64,000 bases of DNA, taken from positions 1-64,000 of the forward strand of contig CAWGMA010000002.1 of assembly GCA_963823555.1 (NCBI GenBank). The letters are read 5' to 3'. Below are positions 53,798 through 63,757 of the stretch, piece after piece. The stretch comes from Candidatus Eiseniibacteriota bacterium (lineage in GTDB: Bacteria; Eisenbacteria; RBG-16-71-46; CAVPCR01). Position 1 is the stretch's first letter, and every line of letters starts with the position of its first letter. Under the pieces are notes generated by a model that had not been told where the DNA came from, searched no databases, and saw only the letters and a program-made list of their open reading frames with translations. Made by a program: the position numbers and the translations under genes.

Positions 53798-55510
53798 GTG
53801 ATCAGGGGTGTCAATCGAGAGCAGGCGTTCGAGAGCCGACAACCGCATGGGCCTCGGGTTCACGTCGTGCTCGGGATGCTCGTCTTTCTGACCGCCGGTT
53901 GCGCACGGAAGCCGGTGCAAGATCCCATTCTCTCGCGACCGGCCATCTCGTGGCATGAGACGGCCCGGCTCGCGTTCACGGCGCGGGGTCGGGTCTGGGT
54001 GGCGGAGCGTGAGGTGCGAGGCCCTCACGGCGGCATCTGGCGGGCACGTCCGGTACCGGGCGGGGTACGCCAGGACCGCCCGGTGTGGACCCGAGACGGT
54101 GCGCTCCTGCTCTCGGTGTGGTTCTCCGCCGAGGAAGAAGCGGATCTGGCGACCTTCGCGGGGGGGCGGCTCGAGCGCCTGACTCGGACCCCTGCCGGCG
54201 AGCTTCTCGACGATGCCACGGACGATGGACGCGTTCTATTCGAACGTGAAGGCATGCTCGTCGAGACCGGAGGGGGAAGCGTCGAACGCGTGCTCGGGCG
54301 CGGGCGGGCCGGTCGCTACACGCCGGATGGCCGTCACATCCTCTTCGTCCGCGGGAACGAGCATGAACCGCTCGGCGTCTGGCGCCAGGGATATGCGGGA
54401 GGCGATGACTCCGAGATCTTCCTCCTCGATGTGGCCACGGGCGCCGTCACCCGGATCACCGACAGCCCGGACAATGACGAATGCCCGATCCCGCTCGATG
54501 ATGCCGGGAAGCGCTTCCTCGTCTGTCGGGAGCGGGAGAGTCCATATCGACCGTGGCTGGTCTCGGCCGTGAGCTCGCGGATTCACCGCGTGCACCGCTT
54601 CCCCATGCCCGACGGACCATGGCCTATTCTCTTCCCCACGCTCTGCCGCACCCCGGAGGACCGTCTCGAGCTGTGGGTGGAGGCCGATGGGCGACTCTTC
54701 CATGCCATGGGAACGATCGCCGATACCGGGCTGGCCTTCGCTCCTGCGGAGCCCGTGCGTATCGAGCTCCAGTCGGATGCGGTCTCGCCTGCGCCCCAGG
54801 GAGCGGCGCTCTTCGATGAGGTGGCTTCCCACCTCGCGGCGGGCGAGCTCACGCGAGAGCCCTGGCGAGGCATCTCGGAAGGGGAGCGTCGCCGCTTCCG
54901 GACCGAACTCCAGCAGATCATGGATCCGCAGGCGCGGGTCGATCTCTTGAACCGGCTCCTCGGACGGCTGGCCCTGCCCGGGCTCTGCCTGACCGCAGAG
55001 GGGATGCCGGCCGCCACCGCGTCGATCGCCCCGCGGTGGGTCTTGCCGGATGCCATCCTCGCTCACGCCCTCGAATCCCACGGGATCGCCTACTTGACGG
55101 CGGCCGCCTTGCCTCCGGCGCTGGCCGCCCACCCCGTGCTCGACCTGCGCGGTGCGGACCGCCTCCCGGAACCCCCCGACTCGCTGGCCGCGAAGCTCTG
55201 CGCCCGCCAGCCGCTCATCCTGCTCCTCGACGGAACAACTGATGGCGAGGCGGAGATTCTTGCGGATCGCCTCGCCGCCCGTCGCTGCGCCCGGCTCGTC
55301 GGCCGGCCGACGGCAGGGACGTTCATGATCACCGAATCGCGGCCGCTCGTCGCCGGCGGAACGCTGGTCCTCCCGGTGCGGAAAGTGGAGCGGCAATCGG
55401 GAGGCAGCGGATCTGCGGGAGTGATCCCCCGATTCTTCGTGCCATCCGACCCCGATCCCACGCGTGAGAGATGGCTCGAGATCATTCTCGAGGCTCTGGA
55501 AAGTGCGTGA
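53798..55510 (+). CDS. Lipoprotein with TolB/PD40-like propeller and degenerate S41 (tricorn-like) C-terminus
   Basis: LTAGC lipobox; YTPDGRHILF, GYAGGDDSEIF; VLDLRG, LVGRPTAG, GVIP; start uncertain. Confidence 0.7.
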   Translation: MIRGVNREQAFESRQPHGPRVHVVLGMLVFLTAGCARKPVQDPILSRPAISWHETARLAFTARGRVWVAEREVRGPHGGIWRARPVPGGVRQDRPVWTRDGALLLSVWFSAEEEADLATFAGGRLERLTRTPAGELLDDATDDGRVLFEREGMLVETGGGSVERVLGRGRAGRYTPDGRHILFVRGNEHEPLGVWRQGYAGGDDSEIFLLDVATGAVTRITDSPDNDECPIPLDDAGKRFLVCRERESPYRPWLVSAVSSRIHRVHRFPMPDGPWPILFPTLCRTPEDRLELWVEADGRLFHAMGTIADTGLAFAPAEPVRIELQSDAVSPAPQGAALFDEVASHLAAGELTREPWRGISEGERRRFRTELQQIMDPQARVDLLNRLLGRLALPGLCLTAEGMPAATASIAPRWVLPDAILAHALESHGIAYLTAAALPPALAAHPVLDLRGADRLPEPPDSLAAKLCARQPLILLLDGTTDGEAEILADRLAARRCARLVGRPTAGTFMITESRPLVAGGTLVLPVRKVERQSGGSGSAGVIPRFFVPSDPDPTRERWLEIILEALESA

Positions 55511-55529
55511 TGATGGTGAGGGCGCCGTC

Positions 55530-56303
55530 TCACCATGATGTCGCGGTGAGGCCGGGTAGGGTCATGAGCTCGCTGCCTTCGAGCAGCCGGTTGTAGAGGC
55601 GGAAGTCATCGATGGCCGCGCCCGGCGCCCCGAGGCCGAATACCTTGGGGAGTCCGGGCATCTCGAAGGCGCTGGCGGTTTCAGTGGTGCTCGGCCGCCC
55701 CGCCACGAACACCACGACCGTGCCCGCCGGAGCGTCCCAGCCCAGCGCGACATGCATCCAGGATCCGTCGTCGGGGATGGGCGCCGCGGCCCGGCGGCGG
55801 GTGCCGGCCCGGTCATCGAAGGCGGCGCGCACCTGGCGCGGGCGGCCGCCCACCGCGACTTCCAGGTTGAGCGGCGCATCCGAGCTCAGGACATGCACCA
55901 TGGTCGTGTCCACCTCCGAGGCTGCCGGCGCCGTGGCTGCCGGCGCCGTGTCGGCCGCAGCGGGTGCCGGCTCGAGCCTGACCCACAGCATGATGGTCCC
56001 GGTTGCCGGCGTGCGGCCGCGCAGCATGAGCCACGACAGGCGCGAGACATGGAGCGTGCCGACATGACGGCGCCCCGCCTCGGGAGTGCCCGCCGCGCCC
56101 GCCGCGCCGGCCATGAAGACCGGTCTTCCCTCCGCCTCCCCGCGCACCGCGCCGAGTGCGCGCACATCGGCCACCGATCCGTCGAGGGGGACGTGGATCA
56201 TGAGGCCGGGAGGTGAATCGGCGGCCGCGGCCGCCGAGGCGATGCCGGCCGCCAGGAGCAGCCACCGGCACAGCGATCTCGCGGGCAGAGCGCGCCGGGT
56301 CAT
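55530..56303 (-). CDS. Exported LamG/concanavalin-like jellyroll protein
   Basis: GTIMLWV, WMHVALGWD, IDDFRLYNRLL. Confidence 0.8.
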   Translation of the reverse strand: MTRRALPARSLCRWLLLAAGIASAAAAADSPPGLMIHVPLDGSVADVRALGAVRGEAEGRPVFMAGAAGAAGTPEAGRRHVGTLHVSRLSWLMLRGRTPATGTIMLWVRLEPAPAAADTAPAATAPAASEVDTTMVHVLSSDAPLNLEVAVGGRPRQVRAAFDDRAGTRRRAAAPIPDDGSWMHVALGWDAPAGTVVVFVAGRPSTTETASAFEMPGLPKVFGLGAPGAAIDDFRLYNRLLEGSELMTLPGLTATSW

Positions 56304-57016
56304 GGGGTGGTTGCTTCCTTCCATCCCCTCAGGTCGAACTCGATGTGGATGTCCTCGGCCACGTTGACCAGACCCGCCACCTTGATGCGTCTCAGGTTGA
56401 AGGCGCGATGCCGGATCGTGAACTCCCCGCTGGCGCGCATCTGCTGGTGATCCAGGTCGACGGTCAGAGGCACGGTGATCTCGCGCGATACGCCGTGGAG
56501 CGTGAGCTCGGCGGTCAGCGTTCCGCGATGGGCCTGCGGTGCGGGTGCGGACGCCTCGGGAACGAAGCGGATGCCGCGCAGGGTGATCAGCGGGAAGCGA
56601 GCTGTCTCGAGGACCTTCTCCTTCATGTCTTTCTCGATCCTGGCCCGCGTGGCCTCGTCCTGGTTGGGGTCGATCACGCGCATTCCCGCCGTCTCGACCT
56701 CGATGCCGAGGGCGAAGCGGGTGGCATCCTCCGCGTCCACTGCCAGCTCTCCATCGAGACCCGTTATGGCGATCGAGTGCTCGTGACCGGCGAAACCGAG
56801 GAGGCCGGAGGCAGTGGCATGAGCCTCGACCCGGCTCGAATCGGCCCGCAGGCGATAGGTGATCATCACTGCCGGGGCCGGAGCGGGGTCCGGTCCCGCC
56901 GAGACCGGTGACCAGGCGACCGCGCTGGCAACGGCTGCGAACGCCCCGAGCGACACGGTTGCGATCACCCGGGACCGGGTATCCTGGACGCGTTGGCGGA
57001 CGAGCAAGAAGCTCAC
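56300..57016 (-). CDS. YceI-family lipid/polyisoprenoid-binding protein
   Basis: VLETARFPLI, LTLHGVSREITV. Confidence 0.87.
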   Translation of the reverse strand: MSFLLVRQRVQDTRSRVIATVSLGAFAAVASAVAWSPVSAGPDPAPAPAVMITYRLRADSSRVEAHATASGLLGFAGHEHSIAITGLDGELAVDAEDATRFALGIEVETAGMRVIDPNQDEATRARIEKDMKEKVLETARFPLITLRGIRFVPEASAPAPQAHRGTLTAELTLHGVSREITVPLTVDLDHQQMRASGEFTIRHRAFNLRRIKVAGLVNVAEDIHIEFDLRGWKEATTP

Positions 57017-57141
57017 CTCGAAATGGGAATGGTCGAGTGGCGCTGTCTTTCATTCTAGAAGATCCGGGGAAGGCGTCATCTCTGCTATTGTCGATCGCGT
57101 TCCCCCTCTCCCCCCGATTTCACGATGGAAGGAGAGCCGTC

Positions 57142-58092
57142 TTGGCCGCAGTGCACCCGGGCTCCGCTGGCAGGGCCGGCGCGGTCGCGCGGGCTCTGCT
57201 TTTCGCGGAGCTCCGTCTCTTTCTCGACCACCTGCGGTTGCCCTTCCAGCTTCTCCTGGCCCCCATCTTCATGCTCGGTGCCCTCCTCGGCGCGGGTCGT
57301 CCGACGCTCGAGCTGGGGCTGGCCTTCCTCGCGGTTCATGCCGGTATCTACGGCGGAATGACGGCGTTCAATAGCGTCTACGACCGCGATCGCGGGCCCA
57401 TCGGATTCATGAAACACCCGCGCCCCGCCGGCCGCTTTGTGCGCGATGCCGCGATCCTGACCCAGCTCGCCGCCGTCCTCGTGCTCGCCGCCCTGCGGCC
57501 GGTTGCAGCGATTCCAGCGCTCGCGCTGGTTGCCATGGGGATTGCCTACTCGCATCCGCGCTGGCGATGGAAGTCCCACCTGGGTGCCAGCCTGTTCGCA
57601 GTCGGGGTCGGGCAGGGCATGATCGCCTTCGCCATCGGCTTTCTGGCTGCCGGTGCCCCTCTCGCCCGGCTCCTCGAGCCGCCGACCCTCGGGGCGGCTG
57701 TGGGCTCGAGCATTGTCACCCTCGGCCTCTACCCGGTGACCCAGCTCTATCAGCTCGACGAGGATCGTGCGCGCGGCGATCGCACCTTGCCCCTCGCTCT
57801 CGGCTGGCGTCGAGCGCTCGTCGTATCGGCGCTGCTCCTGGCGGCGGGCGTCGGCATCCTCCTCTTGTCCCTTGCCGGCCGCATCGCACCCATCTGGTTT
57901 GGCCTCCTGCCGGCCGGCGTGGTCGTCCTCTGGATGCTCCTCGTCCTCTGGGCTCGGCGCTTCGAATCGCTCGATGCCTACCGCAATCATGACTGGGCGA
58001 TGGGGCTCGGGCTCATCGCCTCCGCGGCGTTCTGGATCCTGATCGCGAGCGAGTGGATGCGGAGCGCGGGAGCCCAGGTCCATGCCCGCTGA
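57142..58092 (+). CDS. UbiA-family prenyltransferase
   Basis: FNSVYDRD, YSHP..WK, YQLDEDRARGDRTL; multi-TM; TTG start after AAGGAGA. Confidence 0.88.
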   Translation: MAAVHPGSAGRAGAVARALLFAELRLFLDHLRLPFQLLLAPIFMLGALLGAGRPTLELGLAFLAVHAGIYGGMTAFNSVYDRDRGPIGFMKHPRPAGRFVRDAAILTQLAAVLVLAALRPVAAIPALALVAMGIAYSHPRWRWKSHLGASLFAVGVGQGMIAFAIGFLAAGAPLARLLEPPTLGAAVGSSIVTLGLYPVTQLYQLDEDRARGDRTLPLALGWRRALVVSALLLAAGVGILLLSLAGRIAPIWFGLLPAGVVVLWMLLVLWARRFESLDAYRNHDWAMGLGLIASAAFWILIASEWMRSAGAQVHAR

Positions 58093-59311
58093 CGGCGCCG
58101 CCCTCGCCCCAGCTGCCGTGCCGCCACGGTCCCGCCGGCGCGAGTCCAGGAGCGCCATCTGGGCGATCGGCACCGCCGTTCCGGGAACGCGGGTGCCGCA
58201 GGACGAGCTCGTCGAGTTCATGAAGCGCGCCCACCGCGCCGCCCGGGCTCCAGGCGACCCCGGCGGAGCCGGCGAGCATCTGGCCCGGCGGCTTGATGTG
58301 CTCTACCGGCGGAGCGGCATCCGCGCTCGCCACAGCTGTCTGGCCGACTACGGCCGCTCGCCGGAGGCGTTCACCTTCTACCCGCGCCACTGGCGGGGCG
58401 CCATGCCGTCCACCGCGCGGCGCATGGAGGTCTACCGCGAGGCCGCGCTGCCCCTGGCGCGCGCCGCGACGACGGTCGCCCTGGGCCGGGTTCCGGGGTT
58501 CGATCCCGCCCTCATCACTCATCTCATCGTCACCAGCTGCACCGGCTTCTACTCCCCGGGACTGGATGTCGAGCTGGCGCTGGATCTGGGTTTGTCCCCG
58601 AACGTCGTCCGCACGCTCGTCGGCTTTCAGGGCTGTCACGCGGGGGTGTCGAGCTTGCGTCTGGCCGATGCTATTTCCTGCGCTGACCCGCAATCCATTG
58701 TGCTCGTGGTCTGCATCGAGCTCTGTACCCTCCACTTCCAGATCGAGCCCAGCGCGGACAACCTGCTCGCCAACTCGCTGTTCGCGGATGGTGCCGCCGC
58801 GGCGCTCGTGGGCGCGGCTCCGGGCGTGGCGGGAGGAATCGACGGCCCGGCGGCGCGGCCCGCCGGACAGCCTTGCCTGGCGATCGAGCGCGGCGGGTCG
58901 TGGCTCGCCGCCGGAACGCGCGAGGAGATGGTGTGGACGATCGGGAATCGGGGCTTCCAGATGGGGCTCTCCGCCCTCGTCCCCCGCCTCCTTGGCCACA
59001 ACGTGGCAGGCTTTCTCGAGCAGGCGCTCGCCATGGCGCCACGCGAGATCACCGGCCTCGACTTCTGGGCGATCCATCCCGGCGGGCCGGCGATCCTCGA
59101 CCAGGTCGAGCGCGCGCTCGACATCGATCCCGCCCTTCTCGCCCCGTCGCGCGCTGTGCTGCGCGACTGCGGCAACATGTCCTCGCCCACCATCCTCTTC
59201 GTGCTCGAGCGCATCTGGACCGGCGCCGGCAGCCCGGGCCGCGGCCTCGCCCTCGCCTTCGGTCCCGGTCTCACCCTCGAGGCGATCGTCCTCGAGTGGT
59301 GCGCAGGGTGA
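58082..59311 (+). CDS. Type III polyketide synthase
   Basis: GFQGCHAG (Cys), ELCTLHF, LFADGAAA, WAIHPGG (His), GNMSS (Asn), FGPGLTLE. Confidence 0.96.
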   Translation: MPADGAALAPAAVPPRSRRRESRSAIWAIGTAVPGTRVPQDELVEFMKRAHRAARAPGDPGGAGEHLARRLDVLYRRSGIRARHSCLADYGRSPEAFTFYPRHWRGAMPSTARRMEVYREAALPLARAATTVALGRVPGFDPALITHLIVTSCTGFYSPGLDVELALDLGLSPNVVRTLVGFQGCHAGVSSLRLADAISCADPQSIVLVVCIELCTLHFQIEPSADNLLANSLFADGAAAALVGAAPGVAGGIDGPAARPAGQPCLAIERGGSWLAAGTREEMVWTIGNRGFQMGLSALVPRLLGHNVAGFLEQALAMAPREITGLDFWAIHPGGPAILDQVERALDIDPALLAPSRAVLRDCGNMSSPTILFVLERIWTGAGSPGRGLALAFGPGLTLEAIVLEWCAG

Positions 59312-59323
59312 GGAGTGCCGGCG

Positions 59324-60115
59324 ATGGAGCGGAAGAGAGTCGATCTCGCCGAGCGCGCCGATGAACCCGAGCTCATGGACGACTGCGCGCTCACCGGGCC
59401 CGAGGTTCGGCAGGCGCTCCGGGAGATCGGCCACGTGAACCGCTTTCTCGGCGGGTCGGCGTCGACGCTCGCCCTTCTCGCCCCTCGCCTCGAGGGCCGG
59501 CGGTCGCCGCTCCGCATCCTCGACATCGGCACCGGCGGGGGCGACATCCCGGTGGCGATCGCCCGCCATGCGCGCCGGGCGGGAGCTCCGGTGCAGATCA
59601 CCGCCGTCGACCTCGGCCGGGATGCCTGCCGCCATGCCCGGCACCTCGCCCGCGATTATCCGGAGATCGAGATCTGCCGCGGCGATGTCTTCCGGCTGCC
59701 GTTCGCGCCCCGGAGCTTCGACCTCGCCCACTGCGCCATGTTCCTGCATCACTTCACCCAGGACGAGATCGTCCGCATCCTCCACGTTCTCTCCGCTCTC
59801 GTGCGCGAGGCCATCTTGATCAACGATCTCCACCGGCATGCCCTGGCCTACCATTCGATCCGGGCCCTCACCCGGCTCCTCTCCGCCAGCCGGCTCGTGC
59901 GGAACGACGCGCCGCTGTCGGTGCGCCGCGGCTTTCGCGCCGCCGACCTCGATGACATCCTGGCGCGCTCTGGATTCGCGCGCTTCCGCTATCGCTGGCG
60001 CTGGGCTTTCCGCTACCTGTGCGAGGTCGAGATCGGGGAGCCCGCCGCCCCCGTCGATCCCGGCGGCGCTCGGCGCGGCTCCACCCTCGGGGCGCCGGTC
60101 CTGGTGGATCGATGA
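59324..60115 (+). CDS. SAM-dependent methyltransferase (PKS-associated type)
   Basis: EPELMDD, VNRFLGG, LDIGTGGGD, FLHHF, INDLHR, DAPLSVRRGF. Confidence 0.92.
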   Translation: MERKRVDLAERADEPELMDDCALTGPEVRQALREIGHVNRFLGGSASTLALLAPRLEGRRSPLRILDIGTGGGDIPVAIARHARRAGAPVQITAVDLGRDACRHARHLARDYPEIEICRGDVFRLPFAPRSFDLAHCAMFLHHFTQDEIVRILHVLSALVREAILINDLHRHALAYHSIRALTRLLSASRLVRNDAPLSVRRGFRAADLDDILARSGFARFRYRWRWAFRYLCEVEIGEPAAPVDPGGARRGSTLGAPVLVDR

Positions 60116-61302
60116 CGGCGCCGGCGAGCGCCGACCACGACGTCGCGGTGATCGGCTTCGGACCGGCGGGCGGCGCCCTGGCCGTCCAGCTCGGCCGACT
60201 GGGATTCCGCGCCGTGGTCGTGGACGAGCGGCGCATCCCTCACGACAAGCTCTGCGGCGAGTTCCTCTCGACCGAGGCCGTCGCTCGCCTCGCCGAGCTC
60301 GGTCTCTGGGCTTCGATCCGTGCTCGCACCCGACCGCCGACGATCCAGAGTGTGCGCCTGGCGGCTCCCGGGGTCGACCTGTCGCATCCGCTGAGCGAGC
60401 CCGGCATCGGCTTGAGCCGGATGGCGCTCGATGGCGCGCTCCATGACGCCGCGACCGCGGCCGGCGTCGAGATCCGACCGCGCTGGCGGGCGACGCGGTG
60501 CGTCGAATCGGGATCCGGTGGTTTCTCGATCGACGGTATCAAGGAGAGCGGCGAGCGGGATTCGATCCGCGCCCGGATCGTCGTCGGCGCCTATGGCAAG
60601 GGCGCTCGACTGGGAACCGCCGCGGATCGCACTCGCGCCGATGCCGACCGTGCGCGCTACATCGCCTGGAAGGCGCACCATGAAGGCGAGGGGCCTCAGG
60701 CCTCGGTCGAGCTCCATTTCTTCTCGGGCGGTTACTGCGGGGTCGCGCCGATCGAGGCCGGGCTCTACAACGTGTGCGGGATCGCGACGCGAAAGGCCTT
60801 TCTCCGAGCGGGCGGGACCCTGACGGCGCTCGTCGGCGCGGCGTGCGCCGAGAACCCCGCGCTCGCCTCCCGTCTCGCCGGCCTCGAGCGCTCTGCCGCC
60901 GATCTCGCCGCCGCCCACATGTCCTTCCGCCGCCGCCGCCCGGTGGCGGGACGGCTTCTCCTCGCCGGAGACGCCGCGGCCATGATCGCGCCATTGTGCG
61001 GGGATGGCATCGGTATGGCGCTGTCATCGGCGGCCATCGCCTCGTCCTGGGTTGCTGCAGCGCTCTCGGGGCGGATCGGCAACGAGGAGATGCTCGCTGG
61101 TTATGCCGCAAGCTGGCGTCGCGCCTTCAATCGGCCGCTCGCCATCGCGGCCGGGCTCCAGCGCATGCTCCTCGACACGCGGCACGCGACCATCATGCTC
61201 AATCTGGGCCGCGCCTGGCCCCCGCTCGTGGACTGGCTCGTGCGCTCGACGCGCGACACGGTGCTCGCCCGCAACCTCGCCGATCTCGCTGGCGCCGGCT
61301 AG
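60112..61302 (+). CDS. FAD-dependent oxidoreductase (geranylgeranyl reductase/monooxygenase-like)
   Basis: VIGFGPAGG, KLCGEFLS, GDAAAMIAPLCGDGIGMAL. Confidence 0.92.
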   Translation: MTAPASADHDVAVIGFGPAGGALAVQLGRLGFRAVVVDERRIPHDKLCGEFLSTEAVARLAELGLWASIRARTRPPTIQSVRLAAPGVDLSHPLSEPGIGLSRMALDGALHDAATAAGVEIRPRWRATRCVESGSGGFSIDGIKESGERDSIRARIVVGAYGKGARLGTAADRTRADADRARYIAWKAHHEGEGPQASVELHFFSGGYCGVAPIEAGLYNVCGIATRKAFLRAGGTLTALVGAACAENPALASRLAGLERSAADLAAAHMSFRRRRPVAGRLLLAGDAAAMIAPLCGDGIGMALSSAAIASSWVAAALSGRIGNEEMLAGYAASWRRAFNRPLAIAAGLQRMLLDTRHATIMLNLGRAWPPLVDWLVRSTRDTVLARNLADLAGAG

Positions 61303-61835
61303 CGCCGGCCCGAAGGCCGGCGCCGCGCCGTGAGCGGCTTTCGCTTCGCCTTGGGCTCCGATTCGGGTGCGGTCTGCCGCTTGCTCTTTCCTGTGCCCGC
61401 GCGCTGACGCTGATTCCCGCTCGTACCGGGACGCGGCTTCTTCTCGGCGAGCAGCTGCGAAGCCCGCTGCGGCTCGTCGACACGCAGGTAGAGGGTAGCC
61501 AGCCGCCCCGCTTGCCCGGCGCTACCGTAGGCGTAGTGGATATTGATGTCCTGATCGGCGAGCTGGCGCGCGAGGCGGAGGAGACCCGCGGGACGGTTGG
61601 CCAGCTTCACAGCCACGACATCGGTGCGAGTGACGAGAAAGCCCCGGTCGGCGAGGATATCCACGGCCCGCTCCGCATCCTCGGTCACGATGCGGACGAT
61701 ACCGTGTTCCGTCTCTCCATAAGCCGAGAAGCCCTCGATGTTGATGTTATGGGAGCTGAGCGCGTCACAGAGGCGTGTGAGGACGCCCGGGCGGTTCTCG
61801 ATGACGACCGAGAGCTGAGTCTTGACCCGAATCAT
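61299..61835 (-). CDS. ACT-domain protein
   Basis: QLSVVIENRPGVL..NINI; second repeat NRPAGL..DINIHYAY. Confidence 0.9.
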   Translation of the reverse strand: MIRVKTQLSVVIENRPGVLTRLCDALSSHNINIEGFSAYGETEHGIVRIVTEDAERAVDILADRGFLVTRTDVVAVKLANRPAGLLRLARQLADQDINIHYAYGSAGQAGRLATLYLRVDEPQRASQLLAEKKPRPGTSGNQRQRAGTGKSKRQTAPESEPKAKRKPLTARRRPSGRR

Positions 61836-62079
61836 GAATCCCTCCATGAGGAGCGCGCCGGAAGAGCAGGTCCGGATCGATCGCATGCTTCTCATGCGGC
61901 GCTCGCGCTCCGCGGCACGAGGAGCAGTGTACCGCACGCGGGAAGGGTCTGCTCGCCCAGGTGAACGCGTTCGCGGGCGACGGCGATGATTCCCGGTCTG
62001 GCCCGCGCCGCGCGATGCTAGGATGTCCGGAGCGAAGGGAACCGGTGTGTCGCACGTTCCTCCTTGAAGAGAGGTGATC

Positions 62080-62967
62080 ATGCATCGATTCGGCTCTGGC
62101 CCGGGAATGCTGATGGCGACCCTGATCATGGCAGCGGCCGCGGCGTGGGTCGCATCCGGTTGCGGGGGCGGGAAGACCCCGGAGACTGGTTCTTCCGATG
62201 AGGCGGCACCGGCACCTGGCGCCGCGGCATCCTTCGATGCCGCGGGATCCGATCCCCAGGCCATCGCCGTCGCCGATCGCGTGCTCGACGCCATGGGGGG
62301 TGCTGAGGCCTGGGCCGGCACCCGCGCTCTCGTCTTCACCTTCGCCGTGGCCCGCGGCGATACCGAGCTCACCCGCCGCACACACCACTGGGATCGGGCG
62401 CGGGGCTGGCACCGGGTCGAGGGTGTCGATCATGCGCAACGGTCCTTCGTCATCATCCACGATCTCGCCGACTCGACTGCGAGCCTGGCCGTCATCGACG
62501 GTCAGCCGGTCGAGGAGGCTGCCGAACGACGCAGACTGAAAGCGGCCGCCCATGCCATGTGGGTGAACGACACCTACTGGCTCCTCATGCCCTACAAGCT
62601 CAAGGATCCTGGTGTCCACCTCGCCTATGTGGATGTGGAGAGCTTCGACGGTCGCACCATGGACGTGATCCAGGTGAGCTTCGATCAGGTCGGCCTCACC
62701 CCCGGCGATCACTACTGGGCCTATGTGAACCAGGAGACCGGGCTCATGGAGCGCTGGGCCTTCCGTCTGGAGAGCATGCCCCCCGATGCGCCGCCGAAGG
62801 CGTTCCGCTGGATCAACTGGCAACGCTACGGCAAGATCCTGCTCTCGGATGCGAAGACCGCGGTCGAGGGCAATCAGCGCATCTTCTTCCCTGATCTCGC
62901 TGTGTTCGATGAACTGCCGGAGTCGGTGTTCACGTCGACCGCGGCCGTCTCCGTGCCGGCGCTGTAG
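62080..62967 (+). CDS. Hypothetical lipoprotein
   Basis: GAGGTG RBS; VASGC lipobox; AMGGAEAW, WVNDTYWLLMPYKLKDPGV, VGLTPGD. Confidence 0.85.
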   Translation: MHRFGSGPGMLMATLIMAAAAAWVASGCGGGKTPETGSSDEAAPAPGAAASFDAAGSDPQAIAVADRVLDAMGGAEAWAGTRALVFTFAVARGDTELTRRTHHWDRARGWHRVEGVDHAQRSFVIIHDLADSTASLAVIDGQPVEEAAERRRLKAAAHAMWVNDTYWLLMPYKLKDPGVHLAYVDVESFDGRTMDVIQVSFDQVGLTPGDHYWAYVNQETGLMERWAFRLESMPPDAPPKAFRWINWQRYGKILLSDAKTAVEGNQRIFFPDLAVFDELPESVFTSTAAVSVPAL

Positions 62968-62992
62968 AGACGCGGCAGCGGTCCGCGCGAGC

Positions 62993-63703
62993 TCATGCCG
63001 GCACGGTCTCGATCAGCTCGATCGAGCGCGTGCGCCCGTCCCAGAAGATGGGCAGGTGCCGGATCGCCGTCACGAACCCCCGCTCCGCGAGTGCTGCGAC
63101 GAAGGCGCCGGCGTAGGGGCGTCCGGCGTCGGCCACGATCGCCCGCCCGCCGGGACCGAGAAGGCCGGGGATGAGCGCGGCGAGCGGCGGTACGCTTCGC
63201 GCCTCGTAGAGCACATCGGCGGCGATGACGAGATCGAAGCCGCCGGGCCAGGACGCGTCGCGCCAGTCGAGGCATTGCGTCCGGATCCGGAGGCCGTTGC
63301 GGGCGGCGTTCTCGCGGGCGAAGCGCAACGCCTCCTCCTCGTAGTCGGTGACGAGCACGTCGGCCCCGGCGCGAGCCGCCGCCAGTCCCGCGAGCCCGAC
63401 GCCGGCGCCGAGCTCGATCACCCGGAAGCGGGCGAGGTCGAGGCTGAGAAGATGGCGTCCCAGCGCGACCGAGGCCGGCCAGATGTCGCTCCAGTAGGGG
63501 ATGCGCTCGTCCTTGGCGAACTCCTCCGGGTCGATCGCCGCCATGATCGCCGTCGGGTCCGCCGGGTGCATGATGTCGAGGCACACGGACCCGAGCGCGA
63601 CCCGCCGGAGCCGAGCCGTCCCCCGAGGAGTAGGGGGGTGGGCGGCAGCGCCGGCGGCGTCCGGATCCAGCGGGGGGAGATGGGTATTCGACGGTTCGTT
63701 CAT
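62993..63703 (-). CDS. Methyltransf_16-type (protein lysine) methyltransferase
   Basis: IPYWSDIWPAS, VIELGAGVGL, TDY, AADVLYE. Confidence 0.9.
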   Translation of the reverse strand: MNEPSNTHLPPLDPDAAGAAAHPPTPRGTARLRRVALGSVCLDIMHPADPTAIMAAIDPEEFAKDERIPYWSDIWPASVALGRHLLSLDLARFRVIELGAGVGLAGLAAARAGADVLVTDYEEEALRFARENAARNGLRIRTQCLDWRDASWPGGFDLVIAADVLYEARSVPPLAALIPGLLGPGGRAIVADAGRPYAGAFVAALAERGFVTAIRHLPIFWDGRTRSIELIETVPA

Positions 63704-63757
63704 GGCAGCATCGGAGAGGCCGGCAAGGCGACCATGATACAGTCTTCTCGATTGACC

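Noticed and set aside
12944..59854. Long antisense or alternate-frame ORFs (e.g. 12944-14662 -, 19869-21908 -, 45941-47518 +, 58013-59854 -)
   Set aside because: These are shadow ORFs of high-GC genes whose real frames carry clear family motifs.
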